Assembly (NCBI RefSeq): GCF_000143415.4
Contig: NW_003314287.1
Location: 642,203-706,202, forward strand
Length of the DNA stretch: 64,000 nucleotides
Direction: 5' to 3'
DNA from: Selaginella moellendorffii
Taxonomy: Eukaryota; Plantae; Lycopodiophyta
The translations under genes and the position numbers were made by a program. The notes beneath the pieces are model-generated. The model did not search any database. It was not told the origin of the DNA and was given only the letters and a program-made list of their open reading frames with translations. Positions 24,371 through 36,864 of this stretch are shown in pieces. Numbering within the stretch: the first letter of the stretch is position 1; every line of letters begins with the position of its first letter.

Positions 24371-25581
24371 TTGATGCGCTAACGTTCTTTGTATGATTTC
24401 GTCGTCCAGGTTTGCCTTGGATGACGATGCGCAACTGGGTCTTAACGTTGCTTCGTGCCTCTTGACAAATACATGAACTTTTCTTTGCTTTGTAGGGCTG
24501 CTATGGGATGGGAAGCCAAATGTGATCATCAGACTGTATATAAAATTGTCTTACACTTGGAATCACTATAACTCATGGTTTGTGCTGACAGATATACGCC
24601 CATAAGTGATCCAGACGTTGATTTACTTCTGAAGGTATTGTGTTCTTTGTTTTCAGCATTTGTGTGCTTTTCAGCTGATGAGGGAAAAAATATTTCTTTT
24701 GTAGACTTACCCACAAGGAAAAATGAGCAAATATTTTGTTGCTCTTCGGCCTGGAGACACTTTGGAAATGAAAGCGTACATGTAGTTTACTACATTTCTT
24801 TCCATCTGTAGTTTTACAAGGAAGATCTACAGTCCTATTCCCAAGCTCCTATACAGCACCAACATGAAAGAACATATTGGGATGGTATATCTTTGAGTTC
24901 TCTGCGTCACTTTATCGCTTAGATTGCAGGAGGTACCGGGATCACACCGATGTTTCAAATGCTTAACGAGATCTCAAAAAATCCAGAAGATAAAACACAG
25001 GTTTGTCTCGAGGAAAACCGTGTCCTCGTAATGTTTCTGCGGCGTTTCCTCCGATCAGGTCTCGTTGATCTATGCCAACTTGACACCGGACGACATTCTA
25101 CTAAAGAACGAGCTCGACAAACTAGCTGAAAAGCATCCAAACTTCAAGGTCCTGTTTGAGACTATCAGACTTCCACTCTCGTGTTTCCAAGGAAAACTGA
25201 CGCATGTTTACAGGTTTTCTATGTTGTCGATAAGCCAACGCGTAACTGGGGAGGAGGAAACGGCTTCATCACGAAAGACATCCTGGTGAAGGGACTACTA
25301 CCTCCTTCGGACGGCAATCTCATCATGGTTTGAAGCTCATTCGCTGCTCGTTGTTACTTAGTTCCCATTGACACAGTTTCCAACAGGTGTGCGGGCCTCC
25401 AGGCCTCATGAACCACATCTCCGGCGATAAAGCACCAGACAAATCACAAGGACAAGTAAGCATTTTACAGAGATATCTATTCCAACGCGCGAGCTTCCCT
25501 GATTCCACTCTTCCTTCTCAACAGTTGACAGGTCTCTTGAAGAGCATGGGTTACACCGAAGACCAAGTGTACAAGTTCTAG
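24371..25581 (+). pseudogene. 5'-truncated cytochrome b5 reductase copy A
   Basis: Begins inside intron 3 of the intact gene, has internal deletions, ends GYTEDQVYKF. Confidence 0.8.
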
Positions 25582-25669
25582 GCAATACAAAGCTCTTTGA
25601 AGTCATGAGAGCCGTAGATTAAGGTCCCCTGAGACGCACTGGCTTATTCCGTGGAGTCATGCCGTGTGC

Positions 25670-26406
25670 TTATGGAGTCGCAGCGTGATGATCTTTCCCT
25701 CCTGAACGAATGAAAAGAAGAGCGTCTGCACAGAAAAGAGTGGAAAGTCTATACTGTAGCACCTGATGCCTTGCGACTGTCCTTCGGAGTTGGAGCGGGG
25801 CTGGTCTTTGGAGGAGTTGGACTTGGAGCGGGGCTGGTCTTTGGAGGAGATGGGCTTGGAGCGGGGCTGGTCTTTGGAGATGGACTCGCCTTTGGGCTTG
25901 AACTGGGACTTTCCGTGCATCCTGTTAACAGCAAAACTCTATCAAGTTCATGGTACAAATCGTGGAAGCATGAAAAGTTGGCCAGACAAACCTGGTGGGG
26001 GCGGTCCTGGCAGAAACATGAAAGAAAAATAAAACAGTTAAGCCTGAAAAACCATAGAAAAGAAAGCAGAAGTTGGTATGTATATGGCACCAAATTTACG
26101 TAAAAAGTTTCAGTACATAATCTTGCTGTTAAATTCAAGACCACGGAGCCAGCACCTGGAGCAACAAAACCAAATCAAAGGCTATAGTAGCACAAACTTG
26201 AATTCGAACTTTCACCTGCATCGATCTTGTGCTGCAGCAACAACAAGCAAAGAAAAGATGTTGGCAAGAGTCCCATAGAACACCATGTCAAATACATCAC
26301 AAGAACCTTGGTTTGCTTGACGAACACCAAACTCAGCAGCTCCATCATCCCCAAGACTGCAAACCACAAGACATGAAATCACCAACACCACAAAGACGGC
26401 CTTCAT
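25670..26406 (-). CDS. Secreted Cys/Pro-rich micro-exon gene, copy 1 (exon-3 donor deleted; possibly a pseudogene)
   Basis: Signal peptide [19 protein letters not shown], micro-exons, 3 KTSP repeats; deletion near 26140 removes the normal donor and the third Cys. Confidence 0.5.
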
Positions 26407-26846
26407 CTTGTAGAGACACTGGATGGCTGGCTGAGAAGCAATGTAGGAGGTAAATGCGAATGCATATGCAGGGCCCTGAAGGGGGAATTTATTTTGAACC
26501 AAGGCTAGCAAAACAAAGCCCCTGGAATCACAATGTACGGGGCAGAATCTCAGTTTTTGTTATTCCAAATCATAGCTGGTGGTAACATTCTGCCAGGTTT
26601 ACGAACAAGGTGATATGACCTAAAGCGCATATGATAGTTGTCTTTTTTCCCAAAGAATTTAGAACGTGAAAGAGAATTGTCTGAGGTGATTCCAAATCTT
26701 AGCTGGGTGGCAACAATAGACACAAGTTCTGCCAGGTTTACGAACAAGGTGATATGACCTAAAGCGCATACAGCACAGGGACGTGATAGTTGTCTTGCCT
26801 ATTTTATAGACAATGATTTGGATGTGCAAAGAAACCGATCCAGAGG

Positions 26847-28000
26847 CTAAATTGCAAGAAATTTGTTTAAGCGAAGTACTGCAGCTCGTTTGCCACGAGT
26901 CACATCTCCATGGAGCCTGCAAGCGCTCATCAGAGTTGTCCACCGCATCCGGAAGAAATGGCATGGACTGGATGAGATTCTCGGCCTCCTCCGCTTAGCC
27001 CGCCCAAGCAGATCAACCATGCACCTGTAGTGATGGGTCGATCCCAAAGTCTGATTGAATCGACAGGAAGTGTTCCCTAGCATCAGTGATCTTCCCCGCG
27101 TGGCTGCAACCACTCAGGATTGCGATAAAAGTGATCTCGTCCGGTGAAATCCCTTCGAGATTCATGGCCTGAAACGCATTAATCGCATCTTGCATATGCG
27201 TTTCTGGCAAGTACTGCGATCAAGGCCGTCCACGACCGCTGGTCTTTCCATGGCATATTTTCGAACACTTCATGGGCGCAGCTTACATTACCATTTACGG
27301 AAAATGCAACCATCATTGTAGTATTGTGCACCAGAATTCTGTCAAATATACTCTTCTCTTGCACAAGACACCCATTAAGGGCATAGACTGAGATCATAGC
27401 GTTCCAGGACACTACGTCGTGCAAGGGCATTCGATCGAAGGCTTGAATTGATTCGTCAAATTCACCACAATCGCCATAGCCAGTCAGAAGAACACACCAT
27501 GCAGGGTGATCGCGGAAAGGCATCGAGAGGAACATTCTCTTCGCATCTGTTTGATACCCATCCTATGCACGGGCTGACATTACGGTGTTCCATGCCACGA
27601 CATTCCAACTCGGCATTCTATCCAGGCCTCTTTTGCTTTGAAGGTTTGCATTGCAGTAACAAGTCCACCAGCTAGAGCATTCCAGGATCTTTCTGCTCCA
27701 CAAGAGAAAACAATCTCCACATCTCCTCGAGATTCCCAACTCCGGCATTGCAGAAATCATGCAAGTCCAAGCTGCAACATTGGTCTCGGGCGTCGACTCA
27801 AAGATTATCTTTACCTCAGTTACCCGACCCACATGCGCCAAGACCTGTATCATTGCGTTACTAGACAGAATATCCCACTGTGGCATCCGATCAAAGAGTA
27901 TCATTTCTTCCTGAGTATCCTCTGTTTGGGCATATACTGTAATCATAGTATTCCAAGTAATGACATTCTTTTGAGGCATGTTAAGAAACACAGAAGTAGA
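26847..28000 (-). pseudogene. PLS-class PPR (E-type) pseudogene
   Basis: [56 protein letters not shown] distributed over different frames. Confidence 0.85.
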
Positions 28001-28049
28001 TTCATTTAAGCAACAAGTAGATGCTCAAGATGACTAGGGCCTTTGACCC

Positions 28050-28660
28050 TTGCAATTCAATACTTGAAGATCAAAGCAAGAATGAAAGTGAAGGCTAAAA
28101 TCCCATTCCACATGGTTGAGGTAAATATTAGTGTTGTATACTTAAGCTCTTGTAAGTAGCATAGCTCGCTTACACAAACTCTGTAAAATTGGATATAAAT
28201 TTTCCTCTCTAAATTGTTTCAAATGTTAAAACATTGACAAAACTTACCTAAAGACAGCAAGGAAGAATGTTGCAAACAACATAAGAAAATTGAGACTTAG
28301 TTTCCTCTTCTTGAAAGAAAACAAAAAATAATCCACTAGTGAGTAATATGAACTTAGCAATGCAGAAAGAATGTCACAAACTTTAAATAATATGTCACAA
28401 ACTTTTCCACAAAGAAGGAGAGAAATATCAAAACCAGGAAGCAATTTTTATATATGAATCATAGAACTACCCTTGCCAAAGCAAGACTTTGTAGCTTTCA
28501 AAACCTGCTTGGGCAACAATGAGAACCATATGAAATCTAAGCCGGGAAGAAGGTAATGAGATGGTTGCTCATCGTCAAATAATCTAATATTATTAGCATT
28601 AGCTGTGGGTGGAAGAGGTAATGGAATATATATCTCTTCTAAATCAATAGCAACATCAGA
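28050..28660 (-). pseudogene. WAT1/UMAMIT 5' fragment (first three exons)
   Basis: Degraded copy of ~22825-23435 (IYIPLPLPPTA..., ATFFLAVF). Confidence 0.8.
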
Positions 28661-28839
28661 ACAAGTACAACTCAAATCGCTATATATAACCTTAGAAATT
28701 TACAAAGGTATAAGAAAAGAAAAGATGGGCAAACAGAGCACATAAATCAGGTGTTGGAATTGAAAGTAACATCAAAACAAGTACAACTCAAATCACTATA
28801 TATAATCTCATAAATTAACAAAAGTATAAGAAAAGAAAA

Positions 28840-29225
28840 GATGGGCAGATAAAGCACATGAATTAATTATTGGAAAATGTGTTGAGGTCTTTTGTGGGAA
28901 ATTTGATTCAATAAAGAGTATGGGAGAAATACTTGCCTTTGCTTTAGTTTACTCACAATAATGCTTATCAATTGTTTATTAACATGTTTCCATTCATGGT
29001 AATGTATAGCTATGAGCATAAGTTTTTTGTGAATTTGAATTTGGCTTTAGTTTGGGTGTTTTATGTTTGTGATTTTCTGGAGGATATGCAAAACAAGTTT
29101 GAGTTGGCAAAGTTGAACATGAGGCAAGTTCAAAATAAAGACAAAAGTTAGGCTCATGAGTATTGTCATCATTAAGAGTACAAAGTTGGTGACAAAGTTT
29201 TCCTGAAATTGTTAGATGCACAAAA
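28840..29225 (+). mobile_element. Ty3/gypsy integrase C-terminal fragment
   Basis: DGQIKHMN*LLENVLRSFV...VWEKYLPLL*FTHNN...; same family as the minus-strand element at 43.6 kb. Confidence 0.65.
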
Positions 29226-29279
29226 GTCTCTGAAAGGAGGTGGTAGTGATTGATCAGACATTAAAGAAGGTTCATTTAG

Positions 29280-29915
29280 ATTGCAAGAGGTACCAAGATC
29301 ATACTGATGTTCCAAGTGCTTAATGAAATTTTATAAAATCCAGAAGATAAAACACAGGATTGTCTCCAAGAAAAATGTGTCCTCATAATGTTGCAGCATT
29401 TCCTCTGATCAGGTCTCGTTGATCTATGCCAACTTGACACTGGACGACATTCTACTCAAGAACGAGCTCGACAAACTTGCTGAAAACATCCAAACTTCAA
29501 GGTCCCGTTTGAGACTATCAGACTTCTCGTGTTTCCAAGGAAAACCGATGCATGTTTACAGGTTTTCTATGTTGCCGATAAGCCAATGCGATAAGGATCC
29601 GGCTTCATCACGAAAGACCTGGTGAAGGGACTACCACCTCCTTCAGACGGCAATCTCATCATGGTTTGAAGCTCATTCGCTGCTTGTTACTTAGTTCCCC
29701 ATTGACACCATTTCCAACAGGTGTGCAGGTCTCCAGCCCTCATGAACCACATCTCCGGCGATAAAGCACCAGACAAATGACAAGGACAAGTAACCATTTT
29801 ACAGAGATATCTATTCCAACGCGCGAGCTTCCCTGATTCCCCTCTTCCTTCTCAACAGTTGACAGGTCTCTTGAAGAGCATGGGTTACACCGAAGACCAA
29901 GTGTACAAGTTCTAG
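29280..29915 (+). pseudogene. Cytochrome b5 reductase 3' fragment B
   Basis: IYANLTLDDILLKNELDKL with frameshifts. Confidence 0.8.
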
Positions 29916-30029
29916 GCATTCTTGGACAAGAACAACACAATACAATAAAAAACTCTTTAAAGTCATGAGAGCCGTAGATTAAGGTCCCCTGAGACGCACT
30001 GGCTTATTCCGTGGAGTCATGCCGTGTGC

Positions 30030-30841
30030 TTATGGAGTCGCAGCGTGATGATCTTTCCCACCTGAACGAATGAAAAGAAGAGCGTTTGCACAGAAAAGAG
30101 TGGAAAGTCTATACTGTAGCACCTGATGCCTTGGGACTGTCCTTCGGAGTTGGGCTTGGAGCGGGGCTGGTCTTTGGAGGAGATGGGCTTGGAGCGGGGC
30201 TGGTCTTTGGAGATGGGCTTGGTGTTGGGCTTGAACTGGGACTTTCCGTGCATCCTGTTAACAGCAAAACTCTATCAAGTTCATGGTACAAATCATGGAA
30301 GCATGAAAAGTTGCCTAGACAAACCTGGTGGGGGCGGTCCTGACAGAAACATGAAAGAAAAATAAAACAGTTAGGCATGAAAAACCATAGACAAACCTGG
30401 CGGTCCTGACAGAAACATGAAACAAAAATAAAACAGTTAGGCATGAAGAACCATAGAAAAGAAAGCACAAGGTTGTATGTATATGGCACCTGCTTCAAAT
30501 TTACGTAAAAAGTTTCAGTACGTGATATTAATCTTGCTGTTAAATTCAAGAGTTTCACCTGGGCATGGCGGCGCACCACGGAGCCAGCACCTGGAACAAC
30601 AAAACCAAATCGAAGGCTATAGTAGCATAAACTTGAATTCAAACTTTCACCTGCATCGATCTTGTGCTGCAGCAACAACAAGCAAAGAAAAGATGTTGGC
30701 AAGAGTCCCATAGAAGACCATGTGAAATGCATCAAAAGAACCTTGGTTTCCTTGACGAACAACAAACTCAGCAGCTCCATCATCTCCGAGACTGCAAACC
30801 ACAAGACATGAAATCACCAATGCCACAAAGACGGCCTTCAT
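30030..30841 (-). CDS. Secreted Cys/Pro-rich micro-exon gene, copy 2 (extra 9-nt exon)
   Basis: Signal peptide; exons of 100/16/32/9/15 nt, repeat exon with 2 KTSP, last exon GGKDHHAATP*; frame continuous. Confidence 0.7.
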
Positions 30842-31099
30842 CTTGTAGAGACACTGGATGGCTACCTGAGAGGCAATGCAGGAGGTGAAATGCGAATGCA
30901 TATGCAGTGCCTCGAAGCTGGAATTTATTTTGAACCAAGGCTAGCAAACAAAGTCACTAGAATGACAATATACCAGAGAACGTGAATGAGAATTGTCTGA
31001 GGTGAAGTTGAGGTGAAGTGTCCCTTTCGAATCTTAGCTGGGTGGCGACTCCTTTATGACATTCATTGCCAACAAGGTGATATGACCTAAGGCCCACAA

Positions 31100-31705
31100 A
31101 GAAGCTGGCAGCATTCTGCAAACCAGTTTCTTTGATCCAGAGACTAAATTGCAAGAGATATGTTTAAGCGAAGTATGTGCTCTGCAGCTCACTTGCCAGA
31201 CCAAGCAGATCAACCATGCACCTGTAGTGATCCACAATTGGGTCGATCACAAAGTCTGATTGGATCAACAGGAAGTGTTCTCGAGGATAAATGATCTTCC
31301 CCACGTGGCTGCAACCGCTCAGGATTGCAATAAAAGTGATCTCGTCCGGTGAAATCCCCTCGAGATTCATTGCCTGAAACGCATTAATCGCATCTTGCAT
31401 ATGCCCTTTCCTGGCAAGTACTGCGATCAAGGCCGTCGACGACCATTGGTCTTTCCATGGCATATTTTCGAACACTTCACGGGCATAGCTTAAATTACCA
31501 TTTACTAAAATGCAACCATCATTGTAGTGAACGATGAAAGATTGTGTTCCAGAATTCTGTTAAATATTCTCTTCTCTTGCACAAGGCACCTATTAAGGGC
31601 ATAGACTGAGATCGAAACGTTCCATGACAGTATGTCGTGCAAGGGCATTAGATTGAAGGCTTGAATTGATTCGACAAATTCATCACAATCGCCATAGCCA
31701 GTCAA
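31100..31705 (-). pseudogene. PPR fragment
   Basis: MPWKDQWSSTALI...[16 protein letters not shown], truncated at both ends. Confidence 0.8.
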
Positions 31706-31789
31706 TATAACAGAAGAAAAACAACTTCACGCAAGAGAAACTCTTTCAAGATTAAACTACACTGTAGATTAGCATGATTTCGAAAATGT

Positions 31790-31990
31790 TAATTAGATAC
31801 ATTATCCTTATGAGAAATCATCCCAGTTTCAACAAGGTGAGGAACTTCTGCTGCTAGCCAAGGCCCAAGACCCAAGAAAAGCGCATGTGAAACACCAAAT
31901 CTAGGACTGGCAAAGAGATACAAATTAAAATAAATCAAACAATGAAAAATCAATTTGATGCGCTAACGTTCTTTGTATGATTTCGTCACA
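31790..31990 (-). pseudogene. UFC1 last exon fused to a scrap of reductase intron
   Basis: [24 protein letters not shown]; same junction sequence as at ~24370. Confidence 0.75.
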
Positions 31991-32102
31991 AGGAAATGCC
32001 GTTATTTGATACAAGAACAACACAATACAATACAAAGCTCTTTAAAGTCATGAGAGTTCCCCTGAGACGCACTGGCTTATTCCGTGGAGTCATGCCGTGT
32101 GC

Positions 32103-33001
32103 TTATGGAGTCGCAGCGTGATGATCTTTCCCTCCTGAACGAATGAAAAGAAGAGCGTTTGCACAGAAAAGAGTGGAAAGTCTATACTGTAGCACCTGAT
32201 GCCTTGGGAGTGGCCTTCGGAGTTGGGCTTGGAGCGGGGCTGGTCTTTGGAGGAGTTGGACTTGGAGCGGGGCTGGTCTTTGGAGGAGATGGGCTTGCAG
32301 CGGGGCTGGTCTTTGGAGGAGTTGGACTTGGAGCGGGGCTGGTCTTTGGAGGAGTTGGACTTGGAGCGGGGCTGGTCTTTGGAGGAGATGGGCTTGCAGC
32401 GGGGCTGGTCTTTGGAGGAGTTGGACTTGTAGCGGGGCTGGTCTTTGGAGATGGGCTTGGTGTTGGGCTTGAACTGGGACTTTCTGTGCATCCTGTTAAC
32501 AGCAAAACTCCATCAAGTTCATGGTACAAATCGTGGAAGCATGAAAAGTTGCCTAGACAAACCTGGTGGGGGCGGTCCTGACAGAAACATGAAAGAAAAA
32601 TAAAACAGTTAGGCATGAAAAACCATAGACAAACCTGGTGGGGGCGGTCCTGACAGAAACATGAAAGAAAAATAAAACAGTTAAGCCTGAGAAAAGAAGT
32701 TAAATTCAAGAGTTTCACCTGGGCATGGCGGCGCACCACGGAGCCAGCACCTGGAGCAACAAAACCAAATCGAAGGCTATAGTAGCACAAACTTGAATTC
32801 AAACTTTCACCTGCATCGATCTTGTGCTGCAGCAACAACAAGCAAAGAAAAGATGTTGGCAAGAGTCCCATAGAAGACCATGTCAAATGCATCAAAAGAA
32901 CCTTGGTTTGCTTGACGAACAACAAACTCAACAGCTCCATCATCCCCGAGAATGCAAACCACAAGACATGAAATCACCAATGCCACAAAGACGGCCTTCA
33001 T
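32103..33001 (-). CDS. Secreted Cys/Pro-rich micro-exon gene, copy 3 (two 15-nt exons)
   Basis: Signal peptide; exons of 100/16/32/15/15 nt, 7 KTSP repeats, last exon GGKDHHAATP*. Confidence 0.7.
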
Positions 33002-33349
33002 CTTGTAGAGACACTGGATGGCTGGCTGAGAGGCAATGCAGGAGGTGAAATGCGAATGCATATGCAGTGCCTCGAAGCTGGAATTTATTTCGAACCAAGG
33101 CTAGCAAACAAAGTCACTAGAACGACAATATTCCGGAGAACGTGAATGAGAATTGTCTGAGGTGAAGTTGAGGTGAAGTGTCCCTTTCAAATCTTAGCTG
33201 GGTAGCAACTCCATACAATATAGACACAAGTTCCAGCAAAATTGACAAAATGTCATAAATGTCAGATAGCACGTTCATGACTTTCATTAAAGCCCACAAA
33301 GAAGCTGGCAGCAAAGGGACGTGATAGTTGTCTTGCCTTCTGCAAACCA

Positions 33350-34065
33350 GTTTCTTTGATGCAGAGACTAAATTGCAAGAGATATATATGTTTAAGCGAA
33401 GTATGTGCTCTGCAGCTTGCTTGCCATGAGCCACATGGAACTTCCGTTTTTAGATATCTTCTTACTCCAATTTTGGAGAGCCTGCAAGCGCTCAACAGAG
33501 TTGTCCATGCCACCGCATCTGGAAGAAATGGCATGGATTGTATGAGATTCTCGGCCTCCTCCATCCGCTTAGCCCGCCCAAGCAGATCAACCATGCACCT
33601 GTAGTGATGGGTCGATCCCAAAGTCTGATTGGATCGACAGGAAGTGTTCTCGAGCATCAGTGATCTTCCCCGCGTGGCTGCAACCGCTCAGGATTGCAAT
33701 AAAAGCGATCTCGTCCGGTGAAATCCCTTCGAGATTCATGGCCTGAAACGCATTAATCGCATCTTGCATATGCCCGTTCCTGGCAAGTACTGCGATCAAG
33801 GCCGTCCACGACCGCTGGTCTTTCCATGGCATATTTTCAAATACTTCACAGGCGCAGCTTACATGATCATTTACGGAAAATGCAACCATCATTGTAGTGA
33901 ACGATGAAAGATTGTGTTCCAGAATTCTGTCAAATATTCTCTTCTCTTGCACAAGGCACCTATTAGACTGAGATCAAAACGTTCCACGACACTATGTCGT
34001 GCAAGGGCATTAGATTGAAGGCTTGAATTGATTCGACAAATTCATCACAATCGCCATAGCCAGTC
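33350..34065 (-). pseudogene. PPR fragment
   Basis: PPR motifs and E-domain start ([18 protein letters not shown]); frameshifted and 5'-truncated. Confidence 0.8.
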
Positions 34066-34152
34066 AATATAACAGAAGAAAAACAACTTCACACAAGAGA
34101 AACTCTTTCAAGATTAAACTACACAGTGTAGATTAGCATGATTTCGAAAATG

Positions 34153-34949
34153 TTAACTAGATACATTATCCTTATGAGAAATCATCCCAGTTTCAACAAG
34201 GTGAGGAACTTCTGCTGCTAGCCAAGGCCCAAGACCCAAGCAGAGCGCATGTGCAACACCAAATCTAGGACTGGCAAAGAGATACGAATTAAAACAAATC
34301 AAACAAGGAAAAATCAGCTTACCAGTTCTTTGCCCATAAAGGTTTGAAATGGATTGTCAAACAAATCTTTCCACCCCTATACATCTGGAAAAGAGAGAAG
34401 AAGGTAAGAATTTTTCCTTGATAATGAGCTAGAGATTGAGCGTCTCTACCTTGGCTGTTTTCCCGTCCAGTTCCGGGAGCTCAAGCTCTGGAGCGGTTGC
34501 GGGGTAAGTCACGGGGATCTCGAACTGCAAATCAAACTCGTACTTGAGAAGGTTGTGGATGTACCAGCATCGCCCCTTCCATTTGGTCCCATCTGGACTG
34601 GCCGAGATGCGAAACCAATCGTTATCATTCGCTTTGTTCATCTCCATGTACTTGATCAAAGCCTGGAGTAGCAAACCAGGAAATTAGAACGAATTCTTCT
34701 CTCCTTCCCTCGATCGATTCAAGCTGCCGCTACACGGTCCACACGTCAAGGACGCAAATGTAGAGCAAAAGAGAGCGATCGCAGGTGGAAAAATGGGTTT
34801 TAAATCTGAGAGAAATTTCTGGAAATTCATACCTGGTACTCCTCCTTGAGGCGCTGCTTCCACGCATCGCCATCCCTAGGCCCAGCTCGGGTCTTGAGCA
34901 GTGGGATCTTCGCGACGGTGTTCTTCGTCCCAGCGTCCCAGCCCTCCAT
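34153..34949 (-). CDS. UFC1: Ubiquitin-fold modifier-conjugating enzyme 1, intact, 4 exons
   Basis: [26 protein letters not shown]...[21 protein letters not shown]...[53 protein letters not shown]. Confidence 0.95.
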
Positions 34950-35015
34950 GACGAAAAACCCTAGATGCCCACGCTCGTGTCGAGAATATGCTTTGAGTCC
35001 AAATTTTCAGGGTTC

Positions 35016-36726
35016 ATGGCGCTGGCGCTGCGCTCTCGATCGGCTCTTCGAAAGGCTGCCCCGGCATTTTCATTCCACAGCGGAGCTGAGGCCGCCGGAT
35101 CTGGCGCCGATCGGCGGACTGGAGCCGCCGCCGCGGCGACTGGAGCGGCGATTTTGGCAGCAGTGGCGACGATCTACTCGACCTGGAAGAGCGAGGTGAG
35201 ATCTTTTCTTGTAGCATGCTGCTGCTCATCTTTTTCCTGTGGATTCTGTAAAGACCGCTCGTAGCGACGCTGGGGATTTTGGTTCGTGCTTTGCTTTTTG
35301 CTCGAAAGTTCTAAGTTTTGGTCGTGGTTTGCTCACATTGTCCGTCCAGCATTGGATCCGAACGAATGGCGAAAGTTTCGACTCTTAGAAGCGAAGCCTG
35401 TGACTCACAACACGAGACGTTACAGGCAAGAGGAAAGAAAAAATGGAAAACAAGACGATGCGCTAACGTTCTTTGTATGATTTCGTTGTCCAGGTTTGCC
35501 TTGGATGACGATGCGCAACTGGGTCTTAACGTTGCTTCCTGCCTCTTGACAAAGTAACGGAGCTCCCAAACTTCATGAGGAAGATACGTGAATTTTTCTT
35601 TGCTTTGCAGGGCTGCTATGGGTACGAAAAAGGATGGGAAGCCAAATGTGATCATCAGACCGTATGTAGAATTGTCTTACGCTTGGAATCACTGTAACTC
35701 GTGCTTCGTGCTGACAGATATACGCCCATAAGTGATCCAGACGTTCGTGGTCACTTCGATTTACTTGTGAAGGTATTGTGTTCTTTGTTTTCAGCATTTG
35801 CGTGCTTTCTCAGCTAACGATGAAGAAAACATTTTCTTTGTAGACATACCCCCAAGGAAAAATGAGCAAATATTTTGCTGCTCTTCGGCCCGGAGACACT
35901 TTGGAAATGAAAGGGTACGTGTATTTTACTACATACTTTTTTCCGTCTGTAGTTTTACAAGGAAGATCCACAGTCCTATTCCCAAGCTCCCATACAGCGC
36001 CAACATGAAAGAACGTATCGGCATGGTATATCTTTGAGTTCTCTGCGTCACTTTACTGTCGTTTAGATTGCAGGAGGTACCGGGATCACACCGATGTTTC
36101 AAGTGCTTAACGAGATCTTAAAAAATCCAGAAGATAAAACACAGGTTTGTCTCCAGGAAAAACGTGTCCTCGTAATGTTTCTGCGGCGTTTCCTCCGATC
36201 AGGTCTCGTTGATCTATGCCAACTTGACACCGGACGACATTCTACTCAAGAACGAGCTCGACAAACTAGCTGAAAAGCATCCAAACTTCAAGGTCCTGTT
36301 TGAAGACTATCAGACTTCCACTCTGGTGTTTCCAAGGAAAACTGACGCATGTTTACAGGTTTTCTATGTTGTCGATAAGCCAACGCGTTACTGGGGAGGA
36401 GGATCCGGCTTCATCACGAAAGACATCCTGGTGAAGGGACTACCACCTCCTTCGGACGGCAATCTCATCATGGTTTGAAGCTTATTTGCTGCTCGTTGTT
36501 ACTTAGTTCCCATTGACACAATTTCCAACAGGTGTGCGGGCCTCCAGGCCTCATGAACCACATCTCCGGCGATAAAGCACCAGACAAATCACAAGGACAA
36601 GTAAGCATTTTACAGAGATATCTATTCCAACGGGCGAGCTTCCCTGATTCCACTCTTCCTTCTCAACAGTTGACAGGTCTCTTGAAGAGCATGGGTTACA
36701 CCGAAGACCAAGTGTACAAGTTCTAG
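35016..36726 (+). CDS. NADH-cytochrome b5 reductase, mitochondrial CBR2/MCR1-like, intact
   Basis: Presequence-like MALALRSRSALRK plus a hydrophobic stretch; RPYTPISDPD..GHFDLLVK, IAGGTGITPMFQ, VCGPPG, GYTEDQVYKF*. Confidence 0.9.
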
Positions 36727-36864
36727 GCATTCTTGGACAAGAACAACACAATACAATACAAAGCTCTTTAAAGTCATGAGAGCCGTAGATCAAGGTCCCC
36801 TGAGACGCACTGGCTTATTCCGTGGAGTCATGCCGTGTGCTTATGGAGTCGCAGCGTGATGATC

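Noticed and set aside
26847-28000. Functional PPR editing factors
   Set aside because: All copies have frameshifts or truncations and no DYW domain is visible
32200-32460. 33-bp periodic repeats as a CRISPR array
   Set aside because: No unique spacers; a coding minisatellite in a eukaryotic gene
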